Below are positions 1 through 15,471 of a stretch of DNA of 64,000 nucleotides, in pieces. Every line of letters starts with the position of its first letter. Position 1 is the stretch's first letter. This DNA comes from Eledone cirrhosa (Eukaryota), in the NCBI GenBank assembly GCA_964016885.1, contig OZ024740.1, forward strand, positions 198,896,001 through 198,960,000, given 5' to 3'. Both the position numbers and the translations under genes were made by a program. Under the pieces are notes generated by a model that did not search any database, was not told the DNA's origin, and saw nothing but the letters and a program-made list of their open reading frames with translations.

Positions 1-50
1 ACACACATCCTCAGGGAAGTGACGTAATGCAGACAGCCAGACGTATAAAA

Positions 51-577
51 CAGATATTATAAGGGCGCAACGTTATAAATATCTATCTAAAAAGAGAAAG
101 ACTAAGAATTATAGAGCCATCACTAATCGCCTAATGCGGTCCCTAGAGCATTGAAAATTTGAAATTTCTTTTGCTCAGAACACTTCCTGAAATATAAGTA
201 TTACATATGTAAAGTTTAAAAACAGTCGGTTTGGTGCTTCTCTACAATACTAAGCGGTAAAATAGTATATTTTGTTCTCGTAAAGGCACGTAGGTAAACA
301 AATTGAACCTATTACAGCGACACATATTATAAGGGCGCGACGTTATATGTATGTATCTATCTAAAAATAGAAAGACTAAGAATTATAGAGAGAGATCGCT
401 AAATCGCCTAATGTGGCCCCAGGGGCATAGACAATTTGGAATTTATTTGCTCAGATCACTCCCTGAAACATAAGTATTACATGTGTAAAGTTTGAAAACA
501 GTCGGTTGGGTGGTTCTCGAGTTTTAAGGATTCGAACTCACACACACACAGACATCCTCAGTTTTATATATATAGAT
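51..577. repeat. Diverged tandem duplication (~270-bp period), possibly a non-autonomous Helitron/Helentron-like element end
   Basis: 51-242 and 321-518 share atattataagggcgc..cgttata..tatctatctaaaaa..agaaagactaagaattataga..aaagttt.aaaacagtcggtt; the second copy ends cacacagacatcctcagttttatatatatagat. The duplication is seen directly; the class assignment is by resemblance only. Confidence 0.45.
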
Positions 578-657
578 AAAGCTAATCCGCTCCATAACAG
601 TTGTTAGAACATGCAGAGTCCGTATTTCAGTATTAATAATTTCATTTAGCATATATA

Positions 658-791
<134 letters not shown>

Positions 792-814
792 TATATATAT
801 ATTTATTTATATAT

Positions 815-2516
<1,702 letters not shown>

Positions 2517-3168
2517 ATATATATATATCTACATATATGTGTATATGTGTATGTATAATATATATACATATATATACATATATATATATATGTATATATA
2601 TACATATATATACATATATATACAGATATATATTTATTTATATATATATATATATATATCGTTATGTTAGATATGCATTCCTATGATCGTAAAATGAGGG
2701 AATTGCGGTTAAATATAATTACATAACCACTAAACTATTTAAGACCTATATGGTATCATTCATTCCATGCCTACAAAAATCATCACCATTCGTTGTTGAT
2801 TAACGAACTTATATGGTGTAGCAAAGAACAGACAATTATCAGTAGGCATCTTTTAATTCCGGAAAAATATTAGATCCTCAAACGACGGGCGTTCAGCTAT
2901 TGCTAAAGCCATGCGTTGAGTAAAAATAATATGTCAACGTTCATTGAAAGTATTGTTGTAACGCTAGAAATCGCAGACACATTAACAAATGCAAACACTG
3001 CTCAACTAGGACAGGAATCTCCCCAAAGAGGTTTACATATGACATAACGAGCATGCGGCTCTATAATCACCAAATGCGAGAATTGAAGCTGAAAATCCAA
3101 ATATTTAACAGGCTTGCACACAGTTAATATCATATATAACATGATATATATGTATATATATATATATG

Positions 3169-3293
<125 letters not shown>

Positions 3294-3780
3294 TAAAACA
3301 TGTCTATTGATTCACAAGATAAAATATATACTATTTCCTCTCCCAATTAGCATAATTAACTATATAAAAAATCGAATAGACCAGGCTATACGAATGAGGC
3401 TTCTATGGAGGATTCTCCGACAAATAACCAAAACTAGCACTTCGCGTCAGCTGTAGCGGAATATTTATCGAATATTTCGACAGGGTAAACGCCTAGATAC
3501 AGTATTTAAGCAGAAATAGGTTTAAAATAACCTAGGAGAAAATAGAAGACAATCTTTTAATAATGTCTTCCTTGTGAAATTTGTGGTCTTGTTTTGCTTA
3601 ACTAATGAACATTTCCAGCTCTGTGCACCTAACTTCTGCATGAACCCAGCCACCTAGCTGCCTTCCACTGCATATTGCACATTGAGCCCATGCCTTTACG
3701 CTTTGGCTTCTAACTAATTCACCAACCTCTCTTCTCCTCTCCTATCTCAATCTCTCTCTTTAAGATTGGTTACTCTTGAA

Positions 3781-3832
<52 letters not shown>

Positions 3833-4590
3833 CAAGGAAACAACAAACAGCCGTACAACATACCTTATATTGGAAAGAAGGAAGGAAGTTCGACGAGCCG
3901 GGCTTAAGCACTTCTTCAGGAGTACAAAGAGAGTCAGGATCCCAATGGAGAAACAGAAATAATGTCGAGTAAAGACATAAAAAACTGAAAGTGAAAAGGA
4001 AAAACTAAAAATATATAACTAAATATATATATGACTGGGGATGTATATTGAATCATATACTAAATGTTTATGTAAACAGACATTTTCGTAGCCTTGATTT
4101 GAGTTATAGAAGCGGTCATCTATTCAACAGTAGTCTTATGACACCAAGGGGCAAAGATTTGACGACACCGCTTGTGGTTCTTGAAGCGTCGTCAGTTGGA
4201 CTAACTACATCTTGGATGGTCAGACGAAATAAGATTAAAGTGTACAGGTTTATGCTGGTGAACCTCGGCTAACGAAGCTAATTTTCATGCAGAGCAAACG
4301 GTGGGGGATTCTAATTAATGAGAGGTAATGATGCTCTAACATAGCGTGAATGAGATATGACTGTATACTGAATAATATACGAAATATTCATGCCAATGCA
4401 CAATTTCGTATAAGTATATATAAATGGCTGATGTATCTGCCTTCCTTTTCACTGTTTTCTCTTTTTATATCGTGCGACGTCATTGTCAAGCGTTAACCTT
4501 ACATAGCATCTTTGAATTGTTCTATTCTGTTAGTTTTCCTTGTTGATTTTACTTAGTGTATAGTATACACACACATAAACACACACACAC

Positions 4591-4625
<35 letters not shown>

Positions 4626-4736
4626 TACATACATATACATATATATATATATATATATATACATACACACATACACACACATACACACACATACATATAT
4701 GTACACACACACACACGTATATATATATATACTTAT

Positions 4737-5173
4737 ACAGCAGTCAAGTCCTTTCAACTGAGTTAGCTCTACAATTAAGGGGCCGTATTTATATATATCC
4801 AAAATTTAGATAAATTGAATTAAATTAAATTAAATCAAATTAAATTAAGGGTGTCATACCAGATAGACATGCGCCATATTACCTGTAAAATATGCTCCAA
4901 GATTCTAATGAGTAGAGCCGACCATTTTATATCAACTAGAAATTGATCGACATATAATTTGACACATATATATAATATATATATATAGGAACGAGTAGGA
5001 CCCCCACGGCTGAGCTCAAGCCGTTTCGACGGTTAATTCTGAATTAGCAGTCGAAACGGCTTCAGCTCAGCCGTCGGGGTCCTACTCGTTCCTATTACCC
5101 ACTCTACTACCCTAAGTATTGAGTACTTTGGTGCGTTATGGTCCACCTGGTTCCTTACCACATTTCCTTCGTT

Positions 5174-5251
<78 letters not shown>

Positions 5252-5810
5252 CTCGCATCTACTCATTAGAATCTTGGAGCATATTTTACGGGTGATATGG
5301 CGTATGTCTATCTGGCATGACACCCTTAATTTAATTTGATTTAATTTAATTTAATTAAATTTATCTTAATTTTGGATATATATAAATACGGCCCCTTAAT
5401 TGTAGAGCTAACTCAGTTGAAAGGACTTGACTGCTGTTTCTAGTTGTCGATAACCCTATTCACGCCACTGGGACGAAGCTGGTGTGATGTGTGTATTTTT
5501 AGTGGATACAGCACGTGTTACTGGCCAGTCGCTGATTTGAACTTTATGCGTAAACACAGATGGTTGGACCCCTTCCTTGTTGAAAATCCATGATCTGGCT
5601 ACTGTCGTTTACCAATCGATTAATTGGTTAAATATATTTCTTTAATGGAATATATACGAGGAAGATTAATCAAATTATAAGGTATCTATTTTTGAAGTTC
5701 TAGTTAATCTTTATTTAGTTACCTACCTAGCTATGTGTGCTTACACACTTTTACAAATTATCCCCTGTGATTGTTTCATATGTTTATTTATATGTCAATC
5801 AATTTCTAGT

Positions 5811-5815
<5 letters not shown>
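4737..5815. mobile_element. Unclassified non-coding ~560-bp repeat (family G) with inverted partial copy
   Basis: 4737-4965 is the reverse complement of 5790-5815 joined to 5245-5437; the unit recurs at 11385-12145; it ends tcaatttctagttga directly in (TA)n. Confidence 0.7.
4986..5173 (+). mobile_element. Short fold-back PLE terminal fragment (family H) with the 3' half of a hammerhead
   Basis: Palindrome 4986-5094; GAAA-CGGC..GCCG-TC-GGGGTC followed by a tail ending cttcgt(ta)n; other copies at 8564-8753 and 24170-24366. Confidence 0.75.
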
Positions 5816-5875
<60 letters not shown>

Positions 5876-6384
5876 GCAAGACAAGCAGGAGATAACCTGG
5901 AGTTGTATTGTTTCTTTTAATTCTTAATAAATAAGTATACTGTAAAAGATAAGCAATACCATGAAAGTGAAGTCATGTCGTGTTAAATAAATGTTGATTA
6001 CGTCTTATTGTAATCAATGATATTAAACATTTAGATTGATAGAATGCAGAAAATTTAAAGTTAGTCGAGCTTGAACTAGTTCAAATGTAATTGCAATTAC
6101 TACTGTATTCACCAGGAGGCGTATATTTGTAGGAATAATCGTTGCCATGATTTTTTTGCACATTGAATATGGCTTAATTAACTTCAAGTGCAATTAAGCA
6201 ATAAATCATTAATATTGTCTTGACACCTGTCTTAAATTAACTTTATGAGTAATTTATCAGCTCTGTTCTAAATAACTCTTACATGCATTTACGCATATAC
6301 AAACACACACACATACACACACGGTATAATCTGAAAATACACAGATCCTTAATACATGCCGCCTGTCTGTCTGTATCTCTCTCC

Positions 6385-6464
<80 letters not shown>

Positions 6465-6488
6465 GCATACATATATAAAGGCATGCGT

Positions 6489-6571
<83 letters not shown>

Positions 6572-6699
6572 TTGCTTTTGTCCTGTAACTTAGTAGTTTG
6601 GAAAAGACGGATCAATAATAAGTAATATATTGAAACATTTCTGTTAACGATATACTCTACAAAACTCTTTAATGCATATGGCACCAAACCAGTTGAATG

Positions 6700-7420
6700 G
6701 GTGAAACCTAATCATTGAAACATCTCATTCTTACCTTTATTCTGCATATGCCTCGCTACTTTTATGTTTATTGAACTAATACATCACTCCACCTCAATTC
6801 ACTTAAACTTGAACAGAAAGCAATTAGAAGGGAACTCATATTCGCCCCAAATTCTAATCTACACCTTAACTAAAGTTCCCTCAATGCGTGCGGACATCTC
6901 AAACATATCTGGTACTGTATATATCAGACTGACACTTCTATGCAGATTCAGAAAATACTTCAGCCTCCTATATCTGGCCCTCTATAACATGCAGGTGAAC
7001 CCAAGCTAGAGTAGCTGACACATACACACATCTGAAACGGTACTTCTCCCACACATAGATAAATATTCCTGACCACATCCTCAAAAAAAGTCGCTCTTCT
7101 GATTTGCATCAATTTAGAAATAAATGCCCGCCATCTTTTAACACACACTTCTACCTCTTCTAAAATGACATGCTCCATGGATCAGACTGACCTCATCTCA
7201 ACTATATTGAGGAACTCTCGACACACACTTCTCCTACCCCGCTTCACACGTATATCTAACTGTTCAGGTCATGCACAAACAACTCCGCTCATTTCTTCGT
7301 ACCCAGAAATTCACCACATTGGAATTCTTTCCGTGGAAATATCTTTCGTGCAGGAGTCAATTTGTAACAAATTAATATGAACATCAACAGCTTCAGTCAC
7401 ATCGCTCTCAAAGGCGTGCA
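6700..7420 (+). mobile_element. Highly degenerate LINE 3' fragment (CR1/L2-like)
   Basis: Patchy resemblance of translated pieces to post-RT regions of CR1/L2-group elements; no intact motif. Confidence 0.3.
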
Positions 7421-7779
7421 AGCATCAAGGACACACCTCCTTCCTCCGCATATTGCCAATAATATCATAAACACATAACATACCAATATCACACCAACAC
7501 ATCAACACACAACGCACCAAACATCACCACCACCTACCATAGCACAAATACAGCAATATTAACGGATTATCACCGCAGCCCCATCACACAAACGCATCAA
7601 AACGTACCATACCATACCCCACCCTTAAAAGTACCACATCACCACAACAATATTGACAGCATAAACCTTATCCAACTATATATGTTTACTTATGTATCTA
7701 TATATACATTTTATTTTTTTCACGAAATGATATTCATGTAAAATAAATTGTTTATATGAAACGCCGAGAAGAGAGCAGA

Positions 7780-8400
7780 CGTTAACAAGCGGAAACTGTA
7801 ATATTACTACTCCTACGGATATGGAGTAGAAATTATAGGAGGAGGCCAGATGTTAGCGTCCAGATATAGTCGGGATACCACAAGACATTCCCGTGGATGT
7901 GGTGCTGTAGATTTAGATGGAGGATATAGACTTCATTTTTTAGGTGTAGTGCCGCAAAGGTGGTCTCAAACGGGAGTGGTGATACACACAAGTCACCGGC
8001 TGCCTTGTGTTATGAAATGGAACCCATTGAGAAGGAAAATTTGCCTCCTAAAACTTTGAGTCAAAGATGAGCATCTGTGGATGGTGCAAGTTTATGCACT
8101 ACATAGAGAAACCGAATACAAAGCCTTCTTTGAATAAGTCACTGCATATTTAGTTATGGCTGTTTGTCATATATCCTACTATACGACTTCAATGTACATA
8201 TTGGTACTGATTAACTGAGTTAGAAAGAAAGGATTGGACGAAATTACAACCACGATCCAAAGGCCTAAATAAACATCTGTAATTACAGGTGTAATGAACT
8301 CTCCTCTATGAACACCTTTATCCAAAGGTAGTCATAAATATGAGGGAACACCGAAACAGAAGTCAGCACCTTATATTTTCCTGGAGGATGCCAGATATAG
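7780..8400 (+). pseudogene. Degenerate RTE-like LINE apurinic-endonuclease fragment
   Basis: Translated pieces GCGAVDLDGGYRLHFLGV..TGVVI..ICLLKL*..MVQVYA..DFNVHIG..MNTF follow APE motif order, with stops and frameshifts. Confidence 0.6.
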
Positions 8401-8526
8401 TCAAGTTTCCCCAGCAAAGTACCGTGACCCTGGTACTGTATATGTGAATGGACACACTGGAAGGAATTTTTGTGCATTCTTCCCCCAGGAGTCTCTGAGG
8501 AATAAGTGGGCGATAGAGAAATAGAA

Positions 8527-8563
<37 letters not shown>

Positions 8564-8564
<1 letters not shown>

Positions 8565-8753
8565 CGAAGGAAATGTGGTAAGGAACCAGGTGGACCATAA
8601 TGCACCAAAGTACTCTACTTAGGGTAGTAGAGTGGGTAATAGGAACAAGTAAGACCCCGACGGCTGAGCTCAAGCCGTTTCGACGGCTAATTCTGGACTC
8701 TATTAGCCGTCGAAACGGCTTGAGCTCAGCCGTCGGGGTCTTACTTGTTCCTA
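8564..8753 (-). mobile_element. Short fold-back PLE terminal fragment (family H)
   Basis: Near-perfect palindrome 8639-8753 plus tail 8564-8638, embedded in (TA)n. Confidence 0.75.
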
Positions 8754-8776
8754 TATATATATATATATATATAAAT

Positions 8777-9793
8777 ATATTGTTAATGCTTTGGGAGGGT
8801 CATATTGCAAATAAGAAACACACGCACCACTCGCTTTCACTTCAATTTACTATAATAAATTTATAAATTTAGGAATTTATAAATTTCCGGTTGGTTGGTT
8901 GGTTCCACAACCAGATGGTTGTTTATATATTGTCAAAGTTCTTTCGTCACACATTCTGGTTGTAATTCATTTATGTTTATTGCCTCTGTGATTTGTCTAA
9001 ACATTGCGTCTTTTCTGTGTGTAGATTCTATTTTTATTTATATGTTCTCTAATTTACCCTTATGTTCTATTTTAGCATGTTGATAGAGTACAGATGATTA
9101 GAGTACAGCTCGTAGTATAGGCGAACGGATATATGAACACTGGCGAGACCTTCAAGATAGTAAAGAATCATCTGTACTCTACCAAAATGCTAAAATAGAA
9201 TATAAGGGTAAATTAGAGAACATAGAAATAAAAATAGAATCTACACACAGAAAAGACGCAATGTTTAGACAAATCACAGAGGCAATAAACATAAATGAAT
9301 TACAACCAAAACTAAATAGAAAACATGGGTGGAACAGCAACATCACAACTTACAATTAAGGACAGAATGAAAACACACACGCACATAGAACAAACAACCA
9401 ACCAGTAACATGTAAATAAACAAATAAATAAACGAATATAAACACACACAGACGCTCGGATGTAACACATGCGCAAACTAAGCACACAACACGCACACAA
9501 AAACAAGATGACGTAGGACAGAACAAAGGAGGGGCACAAAAAACAAAGAAAAGAATCCCCAGTCACTGAAGAGGTCAAAGAATGTGTGACGAAAGAACTT
9601 TGACAATATATAAACAACCATCTGGTTGTGGAACCAACCAACCAACCGGAAATTTATAAATTCCTAAATTTATAAATTTATTATAATAAATTGAAGTGAA
9701 AGCGCCTGGTGCGTGTGTTTCTTATTGGCAACATGACCCTCCCAAAGTATAACAATATCGGTTTCAACACATGTTTTCAGATAAAGAATCTTG
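8777..9793 (+). mobile_element. PLE family A 3' fragment with inverted partial copy
   Basis: 9108-9320 encodes the GIY-YIG C-terminus (EHWRDLQDSKESSVLY..AMFRQITEAININELQPKLNRKH); 8777-9100 is a deleted reverse-complement copy. Confidence 0.85.
9562..9604 (+). ncRNA. Minimal type I hammerhead ribozyme motif (family A)
   Basis: GTCA-CTGAAGA-G-GTCA..TGAC-GAAA-GAAC-TT-TGAC. Confidence 0.7.
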
Positions 9794-9810
9794 CTAAACA
9801 AGTTCAGAAA

Positions 9811-9845
<35 letters not shown>

Positions 9846-9865
<20 letters not shown>

Positions 9866-9866
9866 T

Positions 9867-9948
<82 letters not shown>
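9846..9948. repeat. (GA)n microsatellite following (TA)n
   Basis: Direct reading. Confidence 0.95.
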
Positions 9949-9951
<3 letters not shown>

Positions 9952-10177
9952 CGGGAGAAATGAGGTGGAACAGAAATGAAACATGGATTTCAGGTTAAAA
10001 TGTAGTCTAGATAGATGAGAAACAAAACGAGAATGTAGTTTATGGAGCACCCAAATGATTTAGAAGTCAACCTTAAGTAGGAGCAATAACATTAAAAAAA
10101 AAATGAACGACACCACATCATTTTGTTTTGAACATTTTGAAAGTAGGTTTATAAGTATGATTTTTCCTAAGATTTTG

Positions 10178-10386
10178 TAGCTGTCTCTGTGGTCTAGCGG
10201 TAGGTGGTGGATATCCTGGCATTGGGTTCAATCCTGATAAGAGGTACATGTAAACTTTTTCAGTTTTAATTTTACAACCAATAGAAAAAAAAACTGAAAA
10301 TGTTTACCGTGAAGCCTACTTCTGACGAGGATCGAACGTCTGGCCACCGTCTATGGTTCTTCCAGCTAGGCCACCGAGACAGCTAC
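10178..10386. mobile_element. Convergent pair of tRNA-like (Pol III A/B box) heads, possibly inside a MITE
   Basis: Plus strand gtagctgtctc-tgTGGTCTAGCGG..GGTTCAATCC; minus strand gtagctgtctc-ggTGGCCTAGCTGG..GTTCGATCC. Confidence 0.5.
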
Positions 10387-11344
10387 CGAAGTATACAGAA
10401 AATTGACAATTATAAATCTACTTTCAATATCAAAGTTAAAAAGATGTCGTGTTTGTTCATGGCTTTCCTAGAGATATTAGCAATATTTAGGGACGACGTC
10501 TGGTTAATAATGAAAGTCGCTGAATTTCGCAAAATAGATTTTTTTTTATTGGAGAAGGTAAGATATTTTAGGGCAAAAATTTGATTGCACTGTTTTGTTT
10601 CCACTTATGTATTTTTCGAAAATGTTATTTATTCATTCTAAAAATTAAATGATAGCATCTATATGTAGGTGGGCCCCTTCATTTCTTGGCAACCAATATT
10701 GTTAGACCCAGTCCTCCACTGCTTCCTGGATCTTACAAGGATGTATACTTACCGAAACACTGCCATCTTACATACTGATTAAATAGTGTATGCAAACTAG
10801 CCAATAGCTTGCATTTTCTCCCTTCTGAATCTGTTAGCTTATTGTTGAGTGTGTGATTAGGGGCCATGAGTTTGCTGAATTAAAATCGGGGACCTTGGTA
10901 AACTGTATATATATATATACACATATAATTTCAGCGAGATTCGGATTTCGGCTGTTGTCGAATACAAAGCGAAACGCAATATCCGAGTTATGCTGGCAAG
11001 CGCTCCATGGACCAAATAAAGACCAGAGCAATAAACATGGGTTATAAAGGCCAAACAAACTGAGATGGCGGTCAAGAAGCCATCAACCACCTAAGCCAAA
11101 AAAGACGAAGCAAGCCAAACAAGTTAAACAAAATAATTTAAATAGTTACCCGCCTTTCTCTTGACCCTTGCAAAAAAAGGTATAATCCAGTACAGGGTTT
11201 CTGCGACACATAAATCAATTATACTGCCTGCTTAAAATAAAAAATAAGCTTTTGGTATACTGATTGAACAAGGCTGTCACTTCGTCAACAGGCATTTGTT
11301 CTACGCCAGCATGCAATCACGCAGTGGTATGTAGTAGTAAAACC

Positions 11345-12145
11345 ATATATTTCACCATTAATCGATCGGTAAACCAGGGTAGCCAAATAGTGGTTTACCG
11401 ATCGATTAATGGTGAAATATATACCTTTAATGAAATATATACAAGGAAGATTAATCAATTTATATGGTATCTATTTTTTAAGTTCTTGTGAAACTTCAAT
11501 TTTTTACCTACCTTGCTATGTGTGCTTATACACTTTTATAAATTATTCCCTGTCATTGTTTCATATGTTTATTTTAAATATATATATATGTCAATCAATT
11601 TCTAGTTGATATAAAATGCTCGGATCTATTCATTGGAATCTTGGAGCATATTCTACAGTGGATATGGCGCATGTCTCTCTTAATTTAATTTTGGATATAT
11701 ACACGGCCCCTTAATTGTAGAGCTAACTAAGTTGAAAGAACTTGGGTCCTATTTCTAGTTTCGATAACCTTATTCACGCCACTGGGATGAAGCTGGTACG
11801 AGGCGTGTATTTTAAAAAAATGCAACACGTGCTGCTAGTCATACGCAGATTTGAACTTGCTGTTTAAACACAGATAGGTTGATCCTCTCCCTTGTTAAAA
11901 ATCCGGGATTTGGCTACTGTGGTTTACCGATCGATTAATGTTGAAATATATTTCTTTAATGAAATATATACAAGGAAGATTAATCAATTTATAAGGTATC
12001 TATTTTTAAAGTACTAGTTAAACTTTAATTAGTTACCTACCTGGCTATGTGTGCTTACACACTTTTACAAATTATTCCCTGTGATTGTTTCATATGTTTA
12101 TTTTAAATATATATATATATATGGCAATCAATTTCTAGTTGATAT
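11345..12145. mobile_element. Family G repeat, ~1.4 tandem units with a short fold-back at its left end
   Basis: 11390-11610 repeats at 11919-12145; 11345-11376 is the reverse complement of 11391-11422; matches 5245-5815. Confidence 0.7.
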
Positions 12146-12195
12146 AAATATATATATATATATATATATACATGAATATATATATATATATACAT

Positions 12196-12250
12196 CCTCA
12201 TCATCATCATCATCATCGTTTAACGTCCATTTTCCACTCTAACATGGCTC
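12196..12250 (-). mobile_element. 3' tip of a (CAT)n/(GAT)n-tailed RTE-type repeat recalled from octopus genomes
   Basis: catcatcatcatcgtttaacgtccattttcca..aacatgg. Confidence 0.5.
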
Positions 12251-12277
12251 TGTGTATATATATATATATATATATAT

Positions 12278-12446
12278 GTCACAATGGTGCAGGTAAAGCC
12301 CGTTAGACTCGCAAGAGTACTTGATTCATGGGGGAGTTGAGTGATGTAATATGAAGGAATAAGGATCCCGACAGCTGAACTCTTGCCATTTCAGTTCGGA
12401 ATTAGCTGCTGAAACGGCAAAATGTCACCCGACAGCGTGCCGACTC

Positions 12447-12450
<4 letters not shown>
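12278..12450 (-). mobile_element. Degenerate fold-back fragment related to family H
   Basis: cccgacagctgaactcttgccatttcag..gaattagctgctgaaacggcaa; a similar relic lies at 34272-34380. Confidence 0.45.
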
Positions 12451-12536
<86 letters not shown>

Positions 12537-12628
12537 GTTGAACACTGGGAGGTAATATCCGTAGTGGTAGAGCACTCAGTCCAAGGGACGAGTTAGATAG
12601 AAGTGGTTAAACAACAGTTAGTTCACCA

Positions 12629-12674
12629 TACCGATAAGAATTGTTTCAACTTCGCGGATCTTCAGCTCGGGATG
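12629..12674 (-). ncRNA. Hammerhead motif (family B), degenerate mirror copy
   Basis: Reverse complement reads CCGAG-CTGAAGA-TCCGCGAAGTT-GAAA-CAATTC-TT-ATCGG. Confidence 0.5.
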
Positions 12675-14095
12675 TATATGATTATAGGAACAGGAAGGAC
12701 AACCGTACGAATGCGCATGCGCAGAAACTCGGTCACTTCACACAGGCAATAGTAGACTGCGTGCGGGGGGTGTAAGGGAGATAACTACGAAAGTCCGGAA
12801 AGTTTTTTGGTTGAAAATAAAATAAAAAAATTTAAATATAAAATTACAAAGAATCAGTCCGGAGCCTTGTAGTTATGTAATAGATGTTTGGTGACGTTTG
12901 GACAACGTGTGACAAATTCACTTCTCGTGTTTAGGCAATCAATATTGCGTAATCTATTTAGGATAGTTATTCGTTCGTCAATACATAAGCCACACGTCGG
13001 ATTTCCCCTTGCGTATGGCTTGGACATAGTGATGGCTTTCCATTGAATGGAGTACCCTATACTTGAGTCCTTGAGGGACCATAAGTGGCTCGCGAGTTTA
13101 GTGGATGAACGTCTGTCCGGGTATCTGAAGGTAGACTGGTGGTTCAGGAAACGCTCCTTGAATCGGCCCTCCACCATGCCCACATAGGATTTGACCTCCT
13201 GTTGTTCGTTTGGTCGGTTGGAAGTGACCACAGCTTCATAGATTACAGCTGGTGTGTTGCATTATTGTTGGAGGGGGCAAGCTTCAGGCTTACGGCAAGA
13301 GACCCTGGTGGGGTGTTGCTCCTAGGGCTGCTGGTGATGTGGGACTTCATGTTCTTAGCGCAGGTGTATCCTAGTTTAACCGACACAAAGTTAAACTAGG
13401 ATACTCCTGCGCCAGCAATATGTAGGCCCACATCACTAGCAGCCCTAGGAGCAACACCCCAACAGGGTGCTCTTGCCGTAAGCCTGAAGGTTGCCCCCTT
13501 CAACAACAATGCAACACACCAGCTGTAATCTATGAAGCTGTGGTCACTTCCAATCGACCAAACGAACCACAGGAGGTCAAATCCTATGTGGGCATGGCGG
13601 AGGGCCGATTCAAGGAGCGTTTCCTGAACCACCAGTCTACCTTCAGATACCCGGACAGACGTTCATCCACGAATCTCGCGAGCCACGTATGGTCCCTCAA
13701 GGACTAAGGTATAGGGTACTCCATTCAATGGAAAGCTATCACTAAGTCCAAGCCATACGCAAGGGGAAATCCGATATGTGTCTTATGTATTGACGAACGA
13801 ATAATTATCCTAAATAGATTACGCAATAGTGATTGCCTAACCACGAGAAGTGAATTTTTCACACGTTGTCCACATCTCACCAAACATCTATTACATAACT
13901 ACAAGGCTCCGGACTGATTCTTTGTAATTTTATTTTAAATTCTTTTATTTTATTTTCAACCCCAAAACATTCCGGAATTTCGCAATTATCGCCCTTACAC
14001 CCCTCGCACGCAGTCTTCTATTGCCTGTGTGAAGTGACCGAGTTTCTGCGCATACGCGTTCGTACGGTTGTCCTTCCTGTTCCTATAACCATATA

Positions 14096-14143
14096 CATCC
14101 CGAGCTGAAGATCCGCGAAGGTGAAACAATTGTTCTCGGTATG
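14096..14143 (+). ncRNA. Minimal type I hammerhead ribozyme motif (family B)
   Basis: CATcCCGAG-CTGAAGA-TCC-gcgaa-GGT-GAAA-CAATTG-TT-CTCGGtATG; palindromic stem III. Confidence 0.75.
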
Positions 14144-14167
14144 GTGAACTAACTGTTGTATAACCAC

Positions 14168-14287
<120 letters not shown>

Positions 14288-14331
14288 AAGTTAAATAAAA
14301 GTCAAATGATTAAAATTTAGCTTCGTTTATT

Positions 14332-14386
14332 ACTGCTATATATATTTCAGTGACAGCCATCTTTGGCTGTGACCTCTTCAGGCAGT
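14332..14386 (-). ncRNA. Type I hammerhead ribozyme motif (mirror of 14617-14671)
   Basis: Reverse complement within the palindrome. Confidence 0.8.
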
Positions 14387-14616
14387 TTGAATTAGTATGG
14401 TATAGACAAGTACATATGTTGTTTAGGTGTATGATATTGTCAATACTCTGATATGCCCAGTTCCTTGTTGGGTTGTTAATTCACTGGGGAACTGGAGTCA
14501 TATGACTCCAGTTCCCCAGTGAATTAACAACCCAACAAGGAACTGGGCATATCAGAGTATTGACAATATCATACACCTAAACAACATATGTACTTGTCTA
14601 TACCATACTAATTCAA

Positions 14617-14671
14617 ACTGCCTGAAGAGGTCACAGCCAAAGATGGCTGTCACTGAAATATATATAGCAGT
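14617..14671 (+). ncRNA. Type I hammerhead ribozyme motif
   Basis: ACTGC-CTGAAGA-GGTcACAGCCA-aaga-TGGCTGTcACT-GAAA-TATATA-TA-GCAGT. Confidence 0.85.
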
Positions 14672-14817
14672 AATAAACGAAACTAAATTTTAATCATTTG
14701 ACTTTTATTTAACTTTATTTTACACTACTCCGGAGTAACCAAACCAACCTGCGCACTTCGTCGAGTGCTCCAGCCTGCATACTGAGGTGTTGGTATACAA
14801 CCAACATAAACTCAAAA

Positions 14818-14884
<67 letters not shown>

Positions 14885-14886
<2 letters not shown>

Positions 14887-15180
14887 AAAGTTATATTTAA
14901 ATTGTTGGGTTACAACGTGTAAATATTTATAACTGATATAAAAGCACTCAACAAGTATTTGGAGTATATTTACGATATTAAATAAATGGAAATTATATTT
15001 ATAAAACCATATTTATTTCATTATATATATTTCAGGGATATCATATTAACAATATGTTATGCCTTCTTCAGACAAAATACAATATAGACAGTCTTATAAA
15101 TAAATAGATTCGACATACCTTTCAACATCGACTTGCATTTGAAAAGTTGATTTGGCAGTAAAAATATTATGGACAGTTTT

Positions 15181-15224
<44 letters not shown>

Positions 15225-15449
15225 TATTTATTTATTTTTACAACTGTCCATAATATTTTTACTGCCAAATCAACTTTTCAAATGCAAGTCGATGTTGAAA
15301 GGTATGTCGAATCTATTTATTTATAAGACTGTCTATATTGTATTTTGTCTGAAGAAGGCATAACATATTGTTAATATGATATCCCTGAAATATATATAAT
15401 GAAATAAATATGGTTTTATAAATATAATTTCCATTTATTTAATATCGTA
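14885..15449 (-). mobile_element. PLE family C terminal fragment, fold-back
   Basis: Arms 14971-15178 and 15242-15449 around a (TTTC)n spacer; unique tail 14885-14970. Confidence 0.8.
15341..15406 (+). ncRNA. Type I hammerhead ribozyme motif (family C); mirror at 15014-15079 on -
   Basis: TATTTTGT-CTGAAGA-AGG..CATATT-gtt-AATATG..CCT-GAAA-TATATA-TA-ATGAAATA. Confidence 0.75.
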
Positions 15450-15471
15450 TATATATATATATATATATATT

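Noticed and set aside
3880-4205. Two minus-strand CTGAAGA/CTGACGA + hairpin motifs (~3915, ~4190)
   Set aside because: The GAAA half of the core is missing; at most decayed hammerheads
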